Part shown: positions 39,635-50,812 of the stretch, one piece after another
Position numbering within the stretch: the first letter of the stretch is position 1
How the letters are laid out: every line of letters begins with the position of its first letter
Source: Candidatus Hinthialibacteria bacterium OLB16
GTDB lineage: Bacteria > Hinthialibacterota > Hinthialibacteria > OLB16
Assembly (NCBI GenBank): GCA_001567115.1
Contig: LMZT01000115.1
Coordinates: 122 to 64,121 of the forward strand
Direction of reading: 5' to 3'
DNA: 64,000 nt
The notes under the pieces: model-generated
Told to the model about the DNA's origin: nothing
What the model saw: only the letters and a program-made list of their open reading frames with translations
Database searches by the model: none
Translations under genes and position numbers: made by a program

Positions 39635-41880
39635 AATTCCTCGGATACCGCACTGGTGCCAAGAGGAATTTGTACAACATTTGAGACGCCCGATACATTC
39701 CCTGAATCATCGATAGTCCGCAAAGCGGCATAGATCACTTCAGTGTCTTCAGGAATTTCATCGATTTGAACGGACTGAGGAGTGCCGGCTGGGGCGGGAT
39801 TCGGTCCGGGAACAATCTGGGCCTGGCGGAACTCCATCAGGGTGGTGATCGGGGTCAGAGACCACCGGAAATCATAGGACTTCGCAGTTCCATCCACGCC
39901 ATCATCGCCCGGCGCGCTCCAGAGCAGGGCCGCTCTCAGGTTTCCGACCGACTGGATTCGCAAGTCTGTGATTGAAGCTGGCGGGATGATATCTGCCGGG
40001 CCATTGATGCCACTGGCCGAATTTGACCAGGCGGTGTGTCCCGCATCATCCTCGATCTTCAGGAGAAAATACAGGGTTGTTTCAGCCGGGAGGTCTGGGG
40101 GTGTAAACTGTTCAACAGTTCCGGGGGATCGGGGAAACGCCAGGTTTCTGACCGGAATTCCTGTGGCAAAATTATCTGGTGTCAGGGGTTCTGTTGAATA
40201 TCTCATATCATACAGATTCGCCATCCCGCTCATTCCATCATCGCCGGGAGCGGTCCAGGACAGTGTCATGCGGTCATCGACAATCGACTCAATCAACAGG
40301 TCATCGACTCCGGCTGGAGCGGTCACATCCTGAACAAGGGCGCCGGCGGCACCAGGGAATGTCTGGATTCTGTAGGTCATGGTTGCATTTGTAATGGATG
40401 GCCCATGCCCGGATGACAGACAGCTGATTATCAGCGCCGCATGGTTATCACCCCCGGGGATATTGAATGTCCCGAAACCTTGCGGACTGAGCTGGACCGG
40501 GTCTTCGCGGAGCAGGTTGTAGGTCACATCCGGGAATGAGCCGACCTGCTGCAGGGCCGCATAAGTGACTCGAACTCGATAGTCCCCATCGACTTCGATG
40601 GTTCCATGGAAGGGCTGGCCTGCTTCTCCAGCTGCTCTCTGCAGGAGGTAATACTCATGTGTCCAGACCGGAAGGAATGCTTCAAACTCCGGGACATTGA
40701 ACGATTTCAGGCGGAGTGTGAAAAAGATCGGCATCAGGTCCTGGAGCCCGACGCTTTCATACAGGATGCGCCAGTAGGGGGGGGATTTTTCGAAGGAATA
40801 CGAATAATCACCACTGCTGGTATCCAGCATGTTGGCCATGCCCCAGTTGTGGAAGACCTCAGGAAAGGTGACCCCGGAATGTGACTGGAGGAAAGAATGA
40901 ATGCCCTCGAGGCTGCGGAACTGACTGGAAGTGATCGCCTCGATCGCTGAATTTCCGCCATAGTGATCCCCGAGGTAACGCATGAAAAAATAGGATCCGC
41001 CATATTGCGAGAGAGTGTTATCCCAGGAGGTCAAACTGTCGGTTGGGCTGATCGCGAACATCTCCTTATGCTGGTCGGTGGTATCATCGAACTCACTGAG
41101 GAACATGGCATATTCCGAGCAGCCTTCATTGATCCAGACATCTTCGACCGGGTCACGCGCCCAGTGGAGCATGTGCTGGTATTCATGAGCGAAAAGCCCC
41201 AGAACCAGGGGATCGAGCTGGTTGGTAAACATATTACGGGTAACGAAATCTTTATTGATATAGATCATTTCCTGTTCATTGCTGTGACCGAGGTTCATGT
41301 AAAAGGCTTCGGAATCCGTGTACTGGTTGGCATCATCGAAGTATCCGGCGGCTGTTGCACCGAACATTGAAGTGCCAAGGAAAGTCGCAATGAGGATGGT
41401 GACACGGGGGTCTTCATCAAGGGCATCGGGAGGCATCCCGAAAACCGGGGTCATTTTTCCATAGATGGCGGATTCGAACTCGCTGACCATCTGGTCGAGC
41501 AGGTCGGAATCGATGCCGAGGCCCATTTCGACATACAGATAGGCATGGGGACTGATCCGGGCCAGCTCCGCGAAGGTGTAGGTTTTGTCCTCATTGGGGG
41601 ACAGATATCCAAGGTTCGTGAAGTTGGTGAAATCGACTATCCAGAAGACTTCCATCTCACCCAGCTGTCTGATTTTTGGAACTGTTCCTTTCAGTTCTTT
41701 TCGTGTCTGATCCCGATCGGCCGGCAGTTCAAACAATGGGATGTCATGCTTGAGCCGGAAGTCCCTGAGGGCTGCGGTCGCATCGAACAGGCGCGGTTTT
41801 TCATCCGAATGAGCCTGGCTGTTGCCAATTGAAAACGCCAGCAGGAGTACGAGAAGGTATGAGAAACGATTTCCAGACAT
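39616..41880 (-). CDS. secreted zinc metallopeptidase (HExxH) with C-terminal Fn3/Ig-like beta-sandwich domains
   Basis: Signal peptide; FAHEYQHMLHW HExxH motif; C-terminal repeated beta-rich segments. Confidence 0.5.
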   Translation of the reverse strand: MSGNRFSYLLVLLLAFSIGNSQAHSDEKPRLFDATAALRDFRLKHDIPLFELPADRDQTRKELKGTVPKIRQLGEMEVFWIVDFTNFTNLGYLSPNEDKTYTFAELARISPHAYLYVEMGLGIDSDLLDQMVSEFESAIYGKMTPVFGMPPDALDEDPRVTILIATFLGTSMFGATAAGYFDDANQYTDSEAFYMNLGHSNEQEMIYINKDFVTRNMFTNQLDPLVLGLFAHEYQHMLHWARDPVEDVWINEGCSEYAMFLSEFDDTTDQHKEMFAISPTDSLTSWDNTLSQYGGSYFFMRYLGDHYGGNSAIEAITSSQFRSLEGIHSFLQSHSGVTFPEVFHNWGMANMLDTSSGDYSYSFEKSPPYWRILYESVGLQDLMPIFFTLRLKSFNVPEFEAFLPVWTHEYYLLQRAAGEAGQPFHGTIEVDGDYRVRVTYAALQQVGSFPDVTYNLLREDPVQLSPQGFGTFNIPGGDNHAALIISCLSSGHGPSITNATMTYRIQTFPGAAGALVQDVTAPAGVDDLLIESIVDDRMTLSWTAPGDDGMSGMANLYDMRYSTEPLTPDNFATGIPVRNLAFPRSPGTVEQFTPPDLPAETTLYFLLKIEDDAGHTAWSNSASGINGPADIIPPASITDLRIQSVGNLRAALLWSAPGDDGVDGTAKSYDFRWSLTPITTLMEFRQAQIVPGPNPAPAGTPQSVQIDEIPEDTEVIYAALRTIDDSGNVSGVSNVVQIPLGTSAVSEELWGLYK

Positions 41881-42022
41881 GACCTCTACCGTGTTTATGT
41901 ATTTGCCTGACAGTGTATCAATAGAAATGCCAGCCGAAAGGTTTTTCTCCTCGGTTGGCGCAGGTCTCTCCTCGATCCGGGTGGCGGGACCGGGTGAATT
42001 TCCGGTTTGAATTCAATCTGTC

Positions 42023-42769
42023 CTATGGATTCACAGATCCTGTTGTCGAGCGGTAATACAGGGAACCCACACTGGCTGTTCCATTGGTTGGAGAATAGGC
42101 CACCGGCATCCGGACCGACCCACCATAAACACTGTTTTCAACCCCGGGGCCGAAGCCGGAATAGACAAATTCGTCCATCTTGAGCGGCCGGAGCATTCCA
42201 GCGACCGGGACCGGCGGATAAGGGAAAGTGCTGCCATTCCAGTCTCCATTTCCATAAGCCCCATTGTATTTGATTTTGGAATCCCGGTCGGCATACAGAT
42301 AGGTCCGGTTTCCTGGAAGGTTGATATGCTCATCATGGCCGAGGTTGCCGGTTCTATTTTCGCCTGCAGCCGGAGCGAGGATATCATCGGGAATCCTGCT
42401 CAGGTATTTGACCGGTGATGTCAGGGGGTAAAGGACACACTCCATCGATCTTCCAGTCGGATGAACCGGGGAGCAACGAGGCATGATACTGCCCACATTG
42501 TTGAATTTTTGTTTCACACGATTCATTCCATCGAGTGTTTCCGCATCCCAGAAATCCACCAGAAGCACCCCCCGTTCCATGCGGAAGGCTTCTGTGGCAG
42601 TCGCCATGGTGCGCATCTCGGCATAGGACTTGGTGGTTTTTGCACGCAGCTGTGCCTCAAGGAAGTTGGGAAGCGCAATGGAGATCAGAATCAGGATGAT
42701 CGCAATGACAATCAGCAGCTCGATCAGTGTGAAGCCTTTCCAATTCCCTCGATTGCCTGAGAAAAGCAT
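42023..42769 (-). CDS. prepilin-type N-terminal cleavage/methylation domain protein (pseudopilin-like), paralog of 2466..3167
   Basis: MLFSGNRGNWKGFTLIELLIVIAIILILISIALPNFLEAQ; RBS GGAGGG upstream of ATG 42767-42769; shares the C-terminal YSPTNGT motif with the paralog. Confidence 0.85.
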   Translation of the reverse strand: MLFSGNRGNWKGFTLIELLIVIAIILILISIALPNFLEAQLRAKTTKSYAEMRTMATATEAFRMERGVLLVDFWDAETLDGMNRVKQKFNNVGSIMPRCSPVHPTGRSMECVLYPLTSPVKYLSRIPDDILAPAAGENRTGNLGHDEHINLPGNRTYLYADRDSKIKYNGAYGNGDWNGSTFPYPPVPVAGMLRPLKMDEFVYSGFGPGVENSVYGGSVRMPVAYSPTNGTASVGSLYYRSTTGSVNP

Positions 42770-42902
42770 ACAATAACCCTCCAATTTCCCATCTTACGGA
42801 GCACAAAAGAAAAAACCATCTTCCTTTGACTTACTATATTGCCTACCAAAGGAAATGACTAGATTAACTGGGAGATGCAGGCTTTCTCATGTCAGGGTCT
42901 CG

Positions 42903-42924
42903 AAAAGGCACGCCATGCCGTGCC
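42903..42924 (-). terminator. rho-independent terminator after the PIG-L gene
   Basis: Minus strand GGCACG-N6-CGTGCC followed by TTTT. Confidence 0.5.
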
Positions 42925-42940
42925 CCTGCCGAAATGACGA

Positions 42941-45507
42941 TTAAGGGACGAGATCCTTCGGGCTGATCAGGTTGGCAAACAAACGAAAACCACCCGGAAC
43001 ACAGGCTCTCAGCTGGCGATAGAGCGCCAGAGAGGTGTAAATATACTCCCCCTTGCCATAGGTGGCATACAGAATCGCCCCCTTGAGCGGTTCTGACCCC
43101 GGGTCGGACATTGATACGATCTCCTGGTAATGGGAGTCATAAGTGTCCGGGAAATAAAGCCCCCTTTCCTGAACCCAGTTCGCCCAGTCCTGTTTTTCAA
43201 TCACATTCGGATAGCGGAGAAGGGGATGCATCGGGTTCAGCGCAGTGACCGGGGCATCTTCACGAGTCACTCTGGAACCGGCCAGCTTCAATGGATAAGG
43301 GGCAAAGGGAGGATCGGCATCATTCCAGTCGAAGGATTTATGGTAGAACACAACCAGACGCCCTCCCTGCCTGACATAATCCAGAAGGCGGGGGTTTGCA
43401 GCCACCAGGTCTTTTCGTTCGAGATAACCCCGGATATCGACCAGGATGGCATCGAATCGGGTGAAATCTCCACGGAGCAGATCCGCCTCATTCAGGAGTG
43501 AGAAATCGACCCCGAGAGCCTTCAGGGCATCGGGCAGTGTCTGATCATAGGACTGGATCACTCCCACCTCGAGAGATTCAGGAACACGGACATCTGCGAG
43601 AACAACACTGGCCTGGGCTTCGCAGGAATTCCCCTGGGAATTCAATACCGCTTTGACCGGATAGGTTCCCGGCTTGATCTTTGAATCCGGTGTCCATTCC
43701 ACCCGGGTGGATGCACGCCGCGCCTGGCCAGGGTCAAGTTCAGTGCGCCGTTGGGTTCCATCCGGCAGCTGGACCACCAGTTCCGCGGTGGTTCCAGCCG
43801 CGGCATGGCGGGTCACTTCGATCCGAAATGGAGCGGATGGATCATTTTTTCCAGGCGGTGTCTTTTTTCGGGATGACGCCATCGGGAGAGGCACAAGGCT
43901 GACTGCCGGCTCGATCCTGATTTCCCATGGGACTGCGATTTCGATGCGCTTATCGAGGGAAACAGCCCCCCTGTTCCCATCCTTCCGGACCATCACGCGT
44001 GCTCGATCTGAGGCTGAAAAGGCTGCCTGCTGCGATAGAGATCCACCACTCCTGGTTGAGTGGGCAATGCATCTGATGCCGGCTTCACAAGGAAATGGGC
44101 TTCAGCCTGTTTGAATGGCCCGAGTGAGCCGGACTCCTGCTTGATCGGTGTCAGGAGCCACCCGGTCGGAACAGCCAGATCGAAGCTGTCGACAACAACC
44201 ATCGCTGGCCCCTGGTTGTGGACAATCAGGCTGAATATCGATTCCTGGGCAGGAACCAGTGGATCCTCGGAACAGTGAACCTCCAGGCTCAATCCCCACA
44301 TTTCACCTGGAATCTCCAACAGGGTTTCAGGCTTTATTGTGCTGCTGTCCGGGGAGGCTGAGAGAATTTCAACAGCCCTGTTCAGGGAGTGCTCGAAGCG
44401 GGAGGAGTCCTGCCCCAGAAATTTCATGGCATCCAGGATCGCATACTGAAAAGGGCCATTCGCTGTGTCCGAAGCAGGCAGGAGCTTCGAAAAAGCAGCC
44501 GCCGGTTCTTCGCTCTCGAGCCACCAGGCACCCTTCATGCCTTCAAAGAGATCGCGAAGAGGTTCAGAAAAATCTTTATCGAGGACGGATCTGAAGAAAT
44601 TCTCCGGCTGGGTGATTCGGGCCTGATTCACCTGGTTCCAGATGCCTTTGACCCCCTGGGAACGGTGGCGAAGCAGGGCTTCCGATGCGATTTCCTGGTA
44701 AGCGACAGCCCGCAGGGGATCAATTTCGCCAACCGGCACACTGGCATCGAAAGGTTCTCCGGGAAGGCCCTCATGGTGGCGGACCTGCTGAAAGAAACGT
44801 TGAACCTTCCAGGGGAGCAGGCCTTCATCGCGGATCTGTCCGGTAAAGCATTCAGGGGATGCTGCCATCGGAATGGCCTGCACCGCCAGCCCGGCAATGG
44901 CCTGATGGTTGCCATGCCCAGTGCCGAAACGATGGTTCGTGATGAGAACATCGGGTTTTTCGATGCGCAGAATTCGGACCATTTCTTCCAGCGCCCGGTC
45001 ATGGTCCCAGAAGGACCAGGTTTCCGAAGCTGATTTCGAGAATCCGAAATCCTTCTGGTTGAGGCAGTAAATCCTGCCGGTCCCGACCAGGCGGGAAGCC
45101 TCCATGGTTTCATGGGCACGAATAACACCCAGTTCTTCGTAAAGTTCCGGGCCGATTTCGTTCTGTCCGCCTTCACCCCAGTTGGCCAGCAGAATGGAGG
45201 TTCTTACTCCATATCGATATCTGTAGAATGCCAGAGTCTCACTGTCTTCATCATCGGGGTGTGCAGCGATGCACATCAATCGAAGCGGAGTCAGGCAATC
45301 GAGGAGTTTCTGCCTCCATGCCAGATACCCCTGATCGGGGATGAATTTTGTGGGTGTCCCATTGGGCTGGTTCGCCAGGCACTGAAGGGAAAAAACAACA
45401 CCCACCAGCAGCGCCAGAAAACGAACGGGCAGCAAGGAAAGTCGTTTTGGATTCATGAATACCGGACCTGAATTGTTTTCAGCAAAGCCTAGCAGGCGTC
45501 CGTTCAT
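42941..45507 (-). CDS. large PIG-L/LmbE-family deacetylase with C-terminal beta-sandwich and ThuA/GATase1-like regions, interrupted by an apparent 1-nt deletion near 43996
   Basis: AAHPDDEDSE, NWGEGGQN, NHRFGTGHGNHQA (LmbE motifs); reading frame changes at the ORF junction (…QIEHA / VMVRKDG…). Confidence 0.6.
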
Positions 45508-47537
45508 CCCGGAACGCCCTTTCTATATCTGCTGGGGATTGTGCTTTCCGCTTCTTTTCTGGAGCCAGGCTTATGACAGCTTTCATGAACCGAAATGGCT
45601 GCTGTTGTCCTGCTGGGTGGGATTCTTGCTGCTGGTGCGCTGGTGGAATGCCCAGCCGGTCCTGAATCCGCTTTCTCAGCTCGATCCGCCTCTGCTCGGG
45701 TGCCTGATCTGTTTTACGCTGGCATTTCGCTGGACAGCGGAAGATCACCAGGTGGCCTTCATGTTCCTGTTCCGCCTGGTGGTGGCATATCTGGCATACC
45801 GCCTGATGTTCACCTGGCTGCTGCGGCAGAGTGCGCTCGAGAGGCAGCGCAACATTCGAATCCTTCTGGCCAGCTGCCTTGTGGGAGGAGTTCTCGTCGG
45901 GCTGGTGGCGATCCTGCAGGACTGGGGTTTTTACCATTGGAGCCGTGAGCCGGTTTCAGACTGGCGCTTCAATCTTTCCTCAACTCTGGGAAACCCCAAT
46001 GAGGTGGGGGGATATCTGTGTTACCTCACTCCGATCGTGCTGGCAGGATGGTTCCTTGGGGATCGCTCCAGTCGATGGAGTGGATGGATCACTGCAATCG
46101 GTGGTTTGCTGCTGGTGTATGCACTGACCACAGTTTTCACTGTGGGGGCCTGGCTGGGCCTGTTCATCATTCTGCCTTTATCAGTTCTGGCTGGGATATC
46201 GAGGAGAACCACGAAGCCCGATGAGAGGCGAAGGAGATTCACAGGCTGGGTCAGAACCAGGCCGGAGGTGGTCCCCGCAACTGCAGCCTCACTGGGGTGC
46301 TTCCTGATCCTGCAGGGATTATTGAATGAAAATCTGCCGATTCAGAAAAGCCTGTTTTTTCTGATTTCAGCAGTTGTCGTGATCACTCTGGCCAGCCTGG
46401 CTGGATACAGGCTCCTGCACAATGCTTCCTGGTGGAAAATTCCGGCGGCACTCACTGGATTGTTCCTGGTGTGGGGATTTCTGATGCTCCCCTGGGGAAT
46501 TCCAAACCATCCCGAAGGCCTGGTTTCCGAGGCACTGGCATCACCACGCTGGAAGGGGGGCTTTGGAGCCAGGCGTTTTATCTGGACCACAACCGCACTG
46601 ATGATCAAGGATCATCCGATCCGAGGCATCGGCTGGGGGAGATACTACACAGTCCATGCGCTTTATCAGGGAGAACTGTACCGCCAGCGAAACCTCCCGC
46701 ATGACCGCCCCACAGTCGGACTGGTGCCACAGGCGCATTCCGACCCTCTCCAGGTGGTGGCTGAATCCGGGATTGCGGGGGGGTTGCATTCTTCTGGCTG
46801 GTTGGAGCTGTCCTCCGTCTGTGGTTCCAGCGATTGCGGCAAGCCCAAGCCGATCCGGAAATGTGGGGGGAGCATTGGATTGCAGGCACCGGCCTGTGCC
46901 TGATTTTCTTTCACTGCCTGGTGGATTTTCCACTACGCCAGCCTCAGCCGGTTTTTCTGGCGGTCATTTATCTCGCGCTGCTGTCGCTTCCCGGGCCTTG
47001 CCATGAGTGGCGTATCCGCTTCCCTCCAGTGCTGCCGGCCATTCTCGGAGTTCTGCTGATCCTGAGCAGTCTGGCGGGGCTTCGGGACCAGCAGCTTTTG
47101 AAACGCGGTTTCGAGCAGTTTCTGGGAAGCCGTATGGCGGGAGATGCCGATTCGGAACAGAAGTCCCTTCAGCCTCGATCCGGTCTCTATCTGCGATCCA
47201 ATATCCCCTCCCGGAGACACATGACCGCTGGATTTATCTGGCACGCGCCCGGATGATGGCGAATGACATTCCTGGTGCCATGTCTTCGCTGGAAATGGCT
47301 TCGCACTTCCGCCACAGCACCGCACTGTATGAGGTCTGGCGGGAAATCGGGCAACAACTGCACAACCCATCCATGATGCTTGCAGCGGTAAGAGGGATGG
47401 AAAGATATAACCCCTGCTGGGCAGGTTTTTATGATGAAGAGGCGCAAATCCTCAGGGTTCTCGGAAAGGAAACCGAAGCGAAAGCGGCTGAGGAGAAGGC
47501 CAACCGATTTCGAGTTCCCCCAAAGGGTGGCCCCTGA
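45455..47537 (+). CDS. O-antigen ligase-like (Wzy_C) membrane protein with C-terminal TPR-like region, interrupted by two apparent 1-nt deletions (G7 run 46777-46783; ~47175)
   Basis: AHSDPLQVVAESGIAGG then, with one added G, VAFFWLVGAVLRLWFQRLRQAQADPEMW…CLVDFPL; C-terminal part aligns with the TPR tail of 33187..35494. Confidence 0.65.
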
Positions 47538-47625
47538 GCATCCGGCAGGTTATTGACACCAGAGAAAGAGCGAATACCCTAAATCCCGCAGCAACAGGAT
47601 TATAAAAAAAAAGGAGTCCAACCAG

Positions 47626-48791
47626 ATGGCCAGCTATCAGCCCCGGAAATCCGACAAATTCACTTTTGGATTATGGACAATCGGAAATATCGGCAGGGAT
47701 CCTTCGGGGAACCGGTCCGTTCACCACTCAAACCCTGGGAGATCGTCAAGATTGTCGGGGAGCTGGGCGGATATGGAGTTAATTTTCATGATAATGATCT
47801 GCTCCCGATCGATGCGAGTGATTCGGAAAAAGAGGCTATTCTGAAAGATTTCCGCAAGGCTCTTGCGGACTATGATGTCCAGGTGCCGATGGCGACCACC
47901 AATCTGTTTGGCGATCCGATTTTCAAGGATGGGGCTTTCACATCGAATGATGCACGGGTGCGTGCGTATGCGCTGCAGAAAACAATGAATGCCATGGACC
48001 TGGGGGCAGGCCTGGGGGCGAAGACCTATGTTTTCTGGGGAGGCCGCGAAGGAACTGAGGTGGATGCCTCCAAAGATCCACGAGATGGAATCAAATACTT
48101 CCGGGATGCCATCGATTTCCTCTGTGAATATTCAACCGAGCAGGGATATGGGATGAAATTCGCTCTGGAAGCCAAGCCGAATGAGCCACGGGGAGATATC
48201 TATTTCCCCACCACAGGAAACTATCTCGGATTCATTGAGACCCTCGCTCACCCCGAAATGGTAGGAGTGAATCCGGAAGTGGCCCATGAAACCATGGCCG
48301 GCTTGAATTTCTTCCATGCAGTCGGCCAGGCCATCGAAGCCGGGAAGCTTTTCCATATCGATCTGAATGATCAGCGTCCGGGCCGATACGACCAGGATTT
48401 CCGTTTCGGTTCTGAAAGCTTCAAGATCTGTTTCTTCCTGGTGCAGCTGCTCGAAAACAGCGGCTATGATGGCCCGCGCCATTTCGATGCTCATGCCTAT
48501 CGGACTGAGGATCTCGATGGGGTGAAAGCCTTTGCAGCTGGGTGCATGAGGACTTATCTGATCCTCAAGGAAAAGGCGGAACGCTGGAACAAGGATGCGG
48601 AAATACAGGGGCTTCTCAAAGAGATCAAGGTATCCGATCCCGAGCTGGAGAGCCTGTGCAAGGGCTACAGCAGTGATAAAGCCAGGGCGCTCAAAGCCAG
48701 AAACTTCGACCGGAAGGGAATCGCTTCCAAGGGGCTGCAGTATGAGCGTCTGGATCAGCTGACCTGTGAGATCATTTATGGAGTCCGGTGA
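47626..48791 (+). CDS. xylA: xylose isomerase (class I), N-terminus displaced by an apparent 1-nt deletion at ~47703 (CTT for CTTT)
   Basis: [23 protein letters not shown] in frame 1, then [12 protein letters not shown]…FHDNDL…[13 protein letters not shown]…FHIDLNDQ…YDQD in frame 0; near end-to-end similarity to Streptomyces-type XylA. Confidence 0.9.
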
Positions 48792-48861
48792 TTTTCTGAA
48801 ACCGCACCCGATCAGAACCAGAGATCACGAATAACGCCAATCTGAAAAGGCAGAAAATTCC

Positions 48862-49650
48862 ATGCTGTCAGCAGAACAGTTGTCTCGATATAACCAGGAT
48901 GGCTTTGTCAAAGGGAGCCAGGTCGCCGATGATGCCACAGTGGAAATCCTTCGTTCGGAGCTGGAAAGGGTGATCGCGAATCGCGACCAATCGACACCCC
49001 AGCCGGTCCATATTGTCAACCTGACCCGGGATGAAACGGCTCCCATCTGGCAGATTGTTAACATCTGGCAGGCCAGTGAGCCATTTCGAAAGCTGATGGA
49101 GCATCCAACCCTTCTCGAGGAAGTGGCGCAGCTCACCCAGGCCAGACAGCTGCGCATCTGGCATGACCAGATTCAGTACAAGCCAGCCGAACGGGGCGGT
49201 GTGAATATGTGGCACCAGGACAACCCCTTGTGGCCGATCATCGATCCACCCGTCCAGGTGACCGCCTGGGTGGCACTGGATGATGTGGATGAAAGCAATG
49301 GCTGCATGAGCATGGTGCCAGGGTCGCACCTGTGGGGAAATCAGATGCATTTTCTGGCTCAGCTGGAGAATTACACTTCGATGCCCCGCCAGTGGGAAGG
49401 TCATGACATCGAGGTGCGACGCTGCCCGGTCCGCAAGGGTGAAGTGCATTACCACCACAGCCTGACCTGGCATGGCTCTCATGCGAATCAGAGCGGCAGG
49501 CACCGCCGTGCCATTGCCTTCCATTATATGACCGAGGAAACCTTCTACATCCAGTCCGGCGATCATGTGATGAAGCAGTTTGTCAGGGTTCCTGATGGCC
49601 AGAAGCTCGAGGGGGAGGCCTTCCCTCTGCTTTATGAAAGGAGTCATTGA
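48862..49650 (+). CDS. phytanoyl-CoA dioxygenase (PhyH) family Fe(II)/2OG oxygenase
   Basis: WHQDNPLWP…D…H…HGSHAN facial-triad pattern. Confidence 0.75.
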   Translation: MLSAEQLSRYNQDGFVKGSQVADDATVEILRSELERVIANRDQSTPQPVHIVNLTRDETAPIWQIVNIWQASEPFRKLMEHPTLLEEVAQLTQARQLRIWHDQIQYKPAERGGVNMWHQDNPLWPIIDPPVQVTAWVALDDVDESNGCMSMVPGSHLWGNQMHFLAQLENYTSMPRQWEGHDIEVRRCPVRKGEVHYHHSLTWHGSHANQSGRHRRAIAFHYMTEETFYIQSGDHVMKQFVRVPDGQKLEGEAFPLLYERSH

Positions 49651-49672
49651 CAGCCCTTTGCCTCAGGTGGCC

Positions 49673-50806
49673 ATGAAAAAAATTCTGTTTCCTCTCATCA
49701 CTCTTGTGCTGATCATCGCGGTCTTCCTGATCGGGTTTGAGATGATCCTTCGCCAGGTCTGGGAGCCTCCCCGGGGGTTGTATGACTATTCCCACCCATT
49801 TATACGAAGGCATATCCGTGCCGGAGTGGATCTTCCCTATCATGGGGATGCAGTAACCGGATTCGGTGGAGAATTCCATATCCAGGGTGGCCCGATCGGA
49901 TACAGGACCGATTCGGTGCTGTCGCGTGAGAAGAAGCCGGGGGTTTACCGTATTTTTTTCCTGGGGGGATCGACGACTGCCTGCACCTATCTCCCGCAGG
50001 AGAAGACCTTTCCCCAGCTGATTGAAGACCATCTGAACCCGGACGGGGCTTCCGCCACTTACGAATGCGCCAATGCGGGAGTGGATGGCTGTGCAGCGAG
50101 AGATTCACTGGCGCAGCTGATTTATAATGTTTCCTGGGCGCAGCCGGATTGTGTGATTGTCATGCAGGGAGTGAATGACTTTGCGCTCGGCCTCACACCG
50201 GATTACGAGGAAGATGCCTCCGATCGGAGAACCGCCCGTTCCAAGGCGAAGAGCTCCTATGAGGAATTCGAGGGGGATCCCCACCCGTACATCTACCAGT
50301 TTTACAAGCATCTCACCCGCAAGCATTCCAAACGCTTCACACTTGCGCATATCCACGATGAACGGGAGAAACTGGCGCATCTGGAGCGCAAGGAGATTTT
50401 TGAGTTCCCGAACATCGTGTCATTTGAGAAATATATGAAGATGATCGCGGGTGTGGCCAAAAGCCTGGGGCTTCGCCTGATCTTTGTGACCCAGTGCTCC
50501 CTGTATGCCGAGGTCCTTCCACCGGAAATTGAGGAACGGCTCGGGATTCCCTTCCCTGAGGAGGATCAGTTGAATCCATCCAATGCCTCCATGAAAAGAG
50601 GCATGGATGCATACAACAATGCAATCCGGCAAATTTCAACCGAAATGGGTGTGGAGTTGATTGACCTCGAAACCCAGGTGCCGAAAACACTCGATTTTCT
50701 TTATGACCATGTTCATTTCACGGTGGAAGGGAATCGCAAAGTTGCTGAGGTTATTTCTGAATACCTGAAAAACCATCCCGCTTCAGCAGACCAGAAAGTG
50801 AACTAA
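49673..50806 (+). CDS. SGNH/GDSL-type hydrolase, membrane-anchored
   Basis: N-terminal TM helix; FFLGGSTT (GDS block) and DHVHFT (DxxH block). Confidence 0.7.
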   Translation: MKKILFPLITLVLIIAVFLIGFEMILRQVWEPPRGLYDYSHPFIRRHIRAGVDLPYHGDAVTGFGGEFHIQGGPIGYRTDSVLSREKKPGVYRIFFLGGSTTACTYLPQEKTFPQLIEDHLNPDGASATYECANAGVDGCAARDSLAQLIYNVSWAQPDCVIVMQGVNDFALGLTPDYEEDASDRRTARSKAKSSYEEFEGDPHPYIYQFYKHLTRKHSKRFTLAHIHDEREKLAHLERKEIFEFPNIVSFEKYMKMIAGVAKSLGLRLIFVTQCSLYAEVLPPEIEERLGIPFPEEDQLNPSNASMKRGMDAYNNAIRQISTEMGVELIDLETQVPKTLDFLYDHVHFTVEGNRKVAEVISEYLKNHPASADQKVN

Positions 50807-50812
50807 TCCCTC

